DNA from: an uncultured Armatimonadetes bacterium
Lineage (GTDB): Bacteria > Armatimonadota > UBA5829 > DTJY01
Direction: 5' to 3'
Assembly (NCBI GenBank): GCA_963717145.1
Contig: OY970325.1
Location: 4,480,001-4,544,000, forward strand
Length of the DNA stretch: 64,000 nucleotides
The position numbers were made by a program, and so were the translations under genes. Below, in pieces: positions 58,556 to 64,000 of this stretch. Under the pieces are notes generated by a model. The model was not told where the DNA came from, ran no database searches, and worked only from the letters and a program-made list of their open reading frames with translations. How positions within the stretch are numbered: the first letter of the stretch is position 1; each line of letters opens with the position of its first letter.

Positions 58556-60085
58556 GTGTTACGAAAAGCGATACATCTCATAGAGATCGTTCTCCTGCTG
58601 ACGCTGCTGGCGTCCTATGGTTGGGCACAAGTGCCGAGAACGATTTCCTACCAGGGCCGTCTCACGAACGACACCGGCGCTCCACTGGACGGCACATATT
58701 CGATCACCTTCAGCCTCTATGACGTTGCCACCGGCGGCACGGCACTGTGGTCTGAGATGAAGAGCATTTCCGTTTCCCAAGGGCTGTTCACAACGGCGCT
58801 GGGCAGCGGTACGGCTTTCGGAGAGGCTGTAGGTTTTGACACGCAGTATTTCCTGGGGGTGAAGGTCGGCACTGGTTCTGAAATGACCCCTCGCCAGGCG
58901 CTCCAAAGTGTACCCTATGCGCTCGGACTCCCAGGCATAACGGTGAGCCCTGCCGGTCCGATCACTGTGGACGTCGCCGGTACGGAGTACAGGTTTCGAC
59001 CTGCTTCCCTGGACTTAGCCATGGTGCCCGGTTCGACTCACTATCCGTATATCTCCTGGTATGATGGCGACGGCAGTCGTGGCGCCTACCTTGGTTGGGG
59101 CACTAAGAACAGCTCACTTGGGCTGACAATGAAGGACGGGGTGACCTTCGATATAGCTGGATCGATGGACATCAACGCCTCTGGAACGAGATACCTGTTT
59201 CATCCGGGCTGGATGACCCTTGCGAGTGCACCTGGCTCCACCCATTACCCGTTCATCGATTGGCTTGACACCGACGGCAATCGTGACGCATACCTGGGCT
59301 ATGGGACCATGAACAGCGTGCTGGAGCTCGAGATGAAGAGCGGCCTTCGGTTCCAGATCAATGGTCCTGTAAGCGTACTAGGTGGTGGCAACCTTGGCAT
59401 TGGAACCACTCAACTGACAGACAAGCTAGTCGTGGATCTAGGTGCCGGCCTCCCAGACGGGGGAATCACCATCAAGGGCACGAGCACTACAGCCGGCGAC
59501 ATCGGACTGAAGATAGCGAACACAGGCACTGGGGGGCGCAACTGGTATATAGATTCCACCAACAACTCAAGCGGCTACGGCGGCGGCAAACTTGCGTTCG
59601 TACAAGGCATTGGGAACGCCCCGTTGATGACTTTGGCCGATAACGGCTGTGTCGGAATCGGTACGGCATATCCAGGCAGGACACTGGATGTGAATGGAGA
59701 TGTCTACTTCCATAGCAACGTACTCGCGGGTAGCGTATCGTGTGGTGTCCTAACCCTCACTTCCTCCCGGCGCTTCAAGGATGATGTTGAGCCTATCGCG
59801 AACCCCCTCGATACCATCAGCAAGCTCCAGGGCGTGAGCTACAACTGGGACGAGGAGCACGGCGGCAAGCGAGATATGGGATTCATTGCCGAGGATGTGG
59901 CGAAGGTGCTCCCGGAACTGGTTACCATGGAAGCAGACGGTGAGAACGCGGTGGGCATGGATTACGCCCACCTGATCGCCCTCACCATCGAGGGCATCAA
60001 GGCCCAGCAGAAGGAGATCGAGGCGCTCAAGGCGGAAAATGCGGCCTTGGCAGGCGAGATTGAGAAACTGAGGACCAGCAGGTGA
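58556..60085 (+). CDS. Secreted S74 fibre protein (paralog 3)
   Basis: Same N- and C-terminal modules, different central domain. Confidence 0.88.
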   Translation: MLRKAIHLIEIVLLLTLLASYGWAQVPRTISYQGRLTNDTGAPLDGTYSITFSLYDVATGGTALWSEMKSISVSQGLFTTALGSGTAFGEAVGFDTQYFLGVKVGTGSEMTPRQALQSVPYALGLPGITVSPAGPITVDVAGTEYRFRPASLDLAMVPGSTHYPYISWYDGDGSRGAYLGWGTKNSSLGLTMKDGVTFDIAGSMDINASGTRYLFHPGWMTLASAPGSTHYPFIDWLDTDGNRDAYLGYGTMNSVLELEMKSGLRFQINGPVSVLGGGNLGIGTTQLTDKLVVDLGAGLPDGGITIKGTSTTAGDIGLKIANTGTGGRNWYIDSTNNSSGYGGGKLAFVQGIGNAPLMTLADNGCVGIGTAYPGRTLDVNGDVYFHSNVLAGSVSCGVLTLTSSRRFKDDVEPIANPLDTISKLQGVSYNWDEEHGGKRDMGFIAEDVAKVLPELVTMEADGENAVGMDYAHLIALTIEGIKAQQKEIEALKAENAALAGEIEKLRTSR

Positions 60086-60138
60086 GCTACAACTAGCGTA
60101 CCTACCTCAAGTCAGACCAGGTAACCTGGAGGCTCATC

Positions 60139-60984
60139 ATGGACAGATCATCCACTACGAACAGATATCGCTTTGTTGTGAAATATGGCTACATCCTGCT
60201 TGCTATCATGTTGGGAAGTAGGGCCGTTGCTGCCACTATGCCCTCGGGTTTCAACTACCCGACTAGTGCAACATGGACGGATAACTGGAATTGGCTGGCG
60301 GCGGGAGGTGGCGATACGCCAAGCTGTGACGACGTGCTAAATGAGTATCTCTGTGGCAAATACCACCTGGGAAAAGACATCGGTGCAGCAGCAGGCGCTG
60401 ATGTCTATGCGGTTGGCCCGGGACGTATCGTGCATGATGGTACTGGGACAAGTGACGTGGAACAGAAGTTCATGTGGGTGGAATTCGATCTTTCCAGCGG
60501 TGGTCACTTCTATGTTGTTTACGGCCACGTGAACAGAACCAAACCAGGGAATGACGTTGCGAAAGGTGATGTGATTGCCACCATTGCAAGTTGGCCCGGC
60601 AACAACCATCTGCATTTCGGCATCCGACCGGACGGCTATATCACAAGTGGATGGGGCCGTGGAAGTATACCAGCCGGATGGAATGGTAACAAGAATGATC
60701 TGAACAAGAACGGTTTTGTAGGCCCATGGGATTACCTATCAACGCACCAGCCCGCAGGTACTGGCTGTATACCCAACGCTAGCGACATCTGGCTCGACTT
60801 CGGATGGGGCGGGCCCTATACCGGCTGCCAGCAGTCACCCTTCAGCAGCCTGACCACGGCGATCGACGCTCTCAACTCCGGTGGCATCCTGCACATCAGG
60901 CCCGGGTCTACATCATGGACCGGGACGATCTCCAAGCCGATGACCCTGCAGGCAGAGAGTGGGACGGTTACCATCGGCAACTGA
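60139..60984 (+). CDS. Secreted M23 family peptidase with small C-terminal domain
   Basis: HLGKD (HxxxD), VYGHV, HLHFGI (HxH); C-terminal G.QQSPFSSL..AI..L.SGG.LHI.PG. Confidence 0.85.
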   Translation: MDRSSTTNRYRFVVKYGYILLAIMLGSRAVAATMPSGFNYPTSATWTDNWNWLAAGGGDTPSCDDVLNEYLCGKYHLGKDIGAAAGADVYAVGPGRIVHDGTGTSDVEQKFMWVEFDLSSGGHFYVVYGHVNRTKPGNDVAKGDVIATIASWPGNNHLHFGIRPDGYITSGWGRGSIPAGWNGNKNDLNKNGFVGPWDYLSTHQPAGTGCIPNASDIWLDFGWGGPYTGCQQSPFSSLTTAIDALNSGGILHIRPGSTSWTGTISKPMTLQAESGTVTIGN

Positions 60985-61089
60985 CCCCGAAACGGTAGGA
61001 CGGCGGCTGTCACGCGGTGTATTTCGTGGCATACCTCCCCCCGTCGGCTGCCGGTGGGAGGATTGCGGTGCGATGGGCCTGGGGAAGTA

Positions 61090-61279
61090 TGCTACGGGCA
61101 GACGGGATTGTACTACAGACGGTCCGTAGTACAATCCAGATCTTCCGTAGTATCGCACGGGTGGTCAGTAGTATGCCCCAGGGCCGCAGTAGTATCACCC
61201 GGTAGCCCTGTAGTATCATCCGGCCGCTCCGTAGTACACCTCACCCGTCGCGTAGTATGCAATACCCCTCCAGCAGTAC
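61090..61279. repeat. 21-bp phased GTAGTAY array with unique 14-nt spacers
   Basis: GTAGTAY at 61126, 61147, 61168, 61189, 61210, 61231, 61252; GCAGTAC at 61273; inverted TACTAC at 61111 and TGCTAC at 61090. Confidence 0.9.
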
Positions 61280-61287
61280 CCGTTTCC

Positions 61288-61296
61288 TGCCATAAT
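61288..61296 (+). promoter_or_regulatory. Possible extended -10 element directly after the array
   Basis: TGcCATAAT. Confidence 0.4.
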
Positions 61297-61352
61297 GAGA
61301 ATGATTGCCGATTTCTGTCGCCGGGGAGACCGGCGGTGAGGAGATGGATGCC

Positions 61353-62021
61353 ATGTCCCGTGACTATATGCCGCATGCCGAGCACGAGTTGGCCGGGTGG
61401 GCGGACAAGTTCGTCGCCTTCGCCCAGGCGCATGCAGAAGATATCAGCCTGACCGAGGATGAGCTGACCGCACTTGTCAACGATCACGAGGCTTTCGATA
61501 GTGCCCGGAGCGAGTATGATGTCCTCGCTGCCCAGGCGCGTGGTGCGTGCAAGATGAAGAACCAAGCCCGCCGGAGTCTCGTCGACCGCATGAGGGAGAT
61601 CGCCATGCGCATCCAGACGAGCCCGGCGATCAACAATGGGGACCGGGCCTCCCTCGGGCTGTCGCTCGGTTTACCGAGGGAGCATGTTCCCCTCGAGTTC
61701 TCCGATGAGTTGCCGTATGCGGCGATCGACAGCTTCGGGCGGCTGAAGCACGTGCTCAGGATCACAAACAAGACCGAGAAGGGGTCGTCGAAGGCACGCC
61801 CGGGGAACGCGACCGGCTGCGAGGTCTGGGTGAAGGTCGGCGACTCGCCGTCGGGTCACGAAGAACTCAGGTATGTCGGAACGGCAACGGACGGATTGCG
61901 CGTCGTGGAGTTCTCGGCCGAGGACGGGGGGAAGAAGGCCTGGTACATGCTGCGGTGGGTCGGCCGCCGCTCGGCGGTGGGTTCCTGGAGTGGGACGTTC
62001 TCCGCGACGATCGCGGCGTAG
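61353..62021 (+). CDS. Hypothetical protein: N-terminal helical bundle + C-terminal FN3-like beta domain
   Basis: GAGGAG RBS; DYMP..E.EL..WADKF helical region ending RASLGL; ARPGNATGCEVW..., AWYMLRWV....VGSWS C-terminus; no signal peptide. Confidence 0.8.
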   Translation: MSRDYMPHAEHELAGWADKFVAFAQAHAEDISLTEDELTALVNDHEAFDSARSEYDVLAAQARGACKMKNQARRSLVDRMREIAMRIQTSPAINNGDRASLGLSLGLPREHVPLEFSDELPYAAIDSFGRLKHVLRITNKTEKGSSKARPGNATGCEVWVKVGDSPSGHEELRYVGTATDGLRVVEFSAEDGGKKAWYMLRWVGRRSAVGSWSGTFSATIAA

Positions 62022-62029
62022 GAGGAAGG

Positions 62030-62078
62030 TTTCGGGTTATGGGTTGCAGGTTATGGGGAACCAATAACCTGCAACCTC
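62030..62078. repeat. GGGTTAT / GGTTGCA inverted heptamer repeats (possible bidirectional terminator)
   Basis: ggttgcaggttat...ataacctgcaacc between convergent genes. Confidence 0.65.
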
Positions 62079-62098
62079 GTGTCCGATTCCACGTCGGA

Positions 62099-62551
62099 TC
62101 ACTCGGCGGCGAAGAAGGCTTCCAGTTCCGTCTGAAGCCTGTCCAGCGTTTCCTCGCAGTGGAGCACGAGGTCGGACATCTTGCGCCATTTCACCTCGGT
62201 CGTGTACGCATGGCGGAACATGTGGCGGAAGTCCAGATAGTAGCGGAGTCGCAGGCGGAGGTCGTCGGAGATAACAGGCGGTCGGAGATCGGTAGGTTGC
62301 GCCATCAGCCCAAGCAGGGCGGCATGCGAAGACAACCCTGATGGAAGCGAATCGTCTATCTCCTCTGCGACACGCTTGAAGATATTCTCGATGCCTGTGT
62401 AGAACGAATGGAGCATGGCCGCCAGGGCGCTCATCTCCACGTAATCGGGTTCGGACGCTCGTACCTTTTCCAGGAGCGGGCGAAAGGAATCCAGCAACTC
62501 CCGAAGCATTGCGAGTTCGAGGTTGGCTCTCTTCTGCGTCTTAGGCCACAC
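62099..62551 (-). CDS. HEPN / HepT-like ribonuclease toxin
   Basis: LHSFYTGIENIFKRVA, SHAALL..M, FRHMFRHAY (RxxxxH). Confidence 0.88.
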   Translation of the reverse strand: MWPKTQKRANLELAMLRELLDSFRPLLEKVRASEPDYVEMSALAAMLHSFYTGIENIFKRVAEEIDDSLPSGLSSHAALLGLMAQPTDLRPPVISDDLRLRLRYYLDFRHMFRHAYTTEVKWRKMSDLVLHCEETLDRLQTELEAFFAAE

Positions 62552-62822
62552 GGACCAACTCCCCTTCCTCTTCGATAAAGCGCGTGAAGAGGTTGTTATC
62601 ATCCAGGTCCACGAGATCAAAGAGGCGCTGGATGGCATCGCCCACCTTGCTCATTGTGGGGAAGAACTTCTCAGGCGGAAGGCCACGAATCGCGATGTCT
62701 ATATCCGAGTCAGGCCTCATCTTGCCGTGGGCGGCCGATCCGAAGACGTAGACTTCGGTCGCTCCCTCCTCGCGGAGTATCCGTGCGGCTGTTTCGATGT
62801 CATTCTTGACGGCGTCATTCAT
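62541..62822 (-). CDS. Minimal nucleotidyltransferase (MNT) antitoxin
   Basis: VYVFGSAAHG....SDIDIA, FDLVDL. Confidence 0.9.
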   Translation of the reverse strand: MNDAVKNDIETAARILREEGATEVYVFGSAAHGKMRPDSDIDIAIRGLPPEKFFPTMSKVGDAIQRLFDLVDLDDNNLFTRFIEEEGELVRVA

Positions 62823-63069
62823 GGCAGATCGCTGCCTCCACTCGCTCGTTCAGATCAATCCCATCAACCTCAGGAATCTCGTGCCCTTTCCGCAGGCCGA
62901 CGAGCAGCCAACTCTCCAAGACCTCGCGGAGAGATTCCCTGCACTGCTCGAGGGTATCACTCTCAGCCCACACGCCCTGCAGACCTGGGATCTCCCCCCA
63001 GAAGGGCCCGTTCTCCATTATCTCGTAATGCGCGTGGCTCATTGCGCGCTCGATATATCGTGTCAGCAT
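62815..63069 (-). CDS. HicB-like antitoxin
   Basis: MLTRYIERAM..A.YE, FWGEIPGLQGVWAESDTLEQC, GHEIP. Confidence 0.85.
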   Translation of the reverse strand: MLTRYIERAMSHAHYEIMENGPFWGEIPGLQGVWAESDTLEQCRESLREVLESWLLVGLRKGHEIPEVDGIDLNERVEAAICHE

Positions 63070-63125
63070 TCTCTCACTCCCGGTAGAGGGCCTGATGAGT
63101 CCATTATATCACAACTGGCATGGAA

Positions 63126-63231
63126 CCCGTAGGAGGGATTTGCCGGGATGATCGTGCACGGTAATCCCGACGGTCGAGGCCACCGTTCGGGATTACCGTG
63201 CACAATCATCCCGGCAAATCCCTCCTACGGG
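63126..63231. repeat. GTAGGAGGG..CCGGGATG palindrome
   Basis: About 45-bp inverted arms, family of 27271 and 46862. Confidence 0.9.
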
Positions 63232-63280
63232 GTACGACAGAGGCGAAGGGAGCGGAGGCGGAGGCGCAGAACAGTACCTC

Positions 63281-64000
63281 GTGAGCAACCTACGTCGCCG
63301 AGAATCCATCGAGGGGTATCTGTTCGTCGCGCCTTTGTTGGTGGGATTGATCGTCTTCACCGCCGGGCCGATGCTCGCGTCGCTGGTTATCAGCTTCTGC
63401 AAGTACAATCTGTTCAGCCCGCCGAAGTTCGTCGGCCTCGCGAACTACACCGAACTCGCGCGCGATCCGCTCTTCTGGCAGAGCCTGAAGGTCACGATGA
63501 TCTACTCGTTCGTCAGCGTCCCGGTCGGCCTCAGCCTCGGACTCGCCGTCGCGCTGCTGATGAACCAGAAGATCAAGGGGATCGCCATCTTTCGCACGAT
63601 CTACTACCTCCCGGCGGTCGTCTCGGGCGTGGCGGTCGCGCTCCTGTGGATATGGATCTTCGACCCCTCGTACGGGCTCGGCAACGTCGTGCTCCGGGCG
63701 TTTGGCATCCCTCCGGTGGGATGGCTCTCCGACCCGCGGACCTCGCTCCTGTCGCTGATCCTGATGAGCTTCTGGGGAGTCGGCGGCGGGATGGTGATCT
63801 ACCTCGCCGGCCTGCAGTCCGTGCCTCAGCATCTCTACGAGGCCGCGTCGCTCGATGGGGCGAGCGTATGGGCGAAGTTCCGGCACGTGACGGTCCCGAT
63901 GCTCACGCCGGTGATCTTCTACAACCTGATCATGGGGATCATCGGCAGCTTCCAGGTCTTCACGCAGGCGTTCGTGATGACGAACGGCGGCCCGGTGAAC
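63281..64000 (+). CDS. Carbohydrate ABC transporter permease (3' truncated; absent from the ORF track)
   Basis: Read directly: GYLFVAP, FVGLANY, FRTIYYLP, IYLAGLQSVPQHLYEAASLDGA (EAA motif), FQVFTQAFVMTNGGP. Confidence 0.93.
   Translation, partial: MSNLRRRESIEGYLFVAPLLVGLIVFTAGPMLASLVISFCKYNLFSPPKFVGLANYTELARDPLFWQSLKVTMIYSFVSVPVGLSLGLAVALLMNQKIKGIAIFRTIYYLPAVVSGVAVALLWIWIFDPSYGLGNVVLRAFGIPPVGWLSDPRTSLLSLILMSFWGVGGGMVIYLAGLQSVPQHLYEAASLDGASVWAKFRHVTVPMLTPVIFYNLIMGIIGSFQVFTQAFVMTNGGPVN

Noticed and set aside
55728-60085. Prophage
   Set aside because: Fibre genes have Sec signal peptides; no capsid, terminase, integrase or holin genes are present.
61054-61565. Heptad-repeat ORFs across the 21-bp array on both strands
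   Set aside because: Conservation is an invariant DNA motif without synonymous variation, there is no clear RBS, and they overlap the downstream gene; not excluded but not called.

Overview
High-GC bacterial chromosomal segment, most likely Armatimonadota (inferred from a PEP-CTERM gene, a copper-amine-oxidase N-terminal-domain protein, a secretin-containing type IV pilus operon and a 'GxNNVGLLV'-type secreted domain). Main blocks: (1) 1-17.4 kb: housekeeping and carbohydrate genes (hemW, lepA, GH29 fucosidase, clan GH-A hydrolase, oxidoreductases, TMTC-like TPR protein); (2) a sigma54-type promoter with a PEP-CTERM gene and a RipA-like membrane protein; (3) a 17 kb minus-strand ABC-2/MoxR/DUF58/vWA operon; (4) a divergent pilMNOP(Q)-pilB-pilT-pilC operon ending in a sigma-70/GGDEF fusion gene; (5) a sugar ABC system whose binding protein and permease are separated by an 8.6 kb accessory block of secreted S74 fibre proteins, an M23 peptidase, an FN3-like gene and toxin-antitoxin genes. 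Best leads: an in-frame UGA followed by a SECIS-like hairpin in the MoxR operon (candidate new selenoprotein, motif GGT-U-xxxx-C); a strictly 21-bp-phased GTAGTAY array with unique spacers directly upstream of the FN3-like gene; the sigma factor fused to a degenerate GGDEF domain with an intact RxxD I-site; more than a dozen REP-like palindromes and short tandem repeats inserted in frame inside protein genes; and two small genes carried between inverted REP-like arms. Five single-base frameshifts look like long-read indel errors. No rRNA, tRNA, CRISPR array, integrase or transposase was seen.
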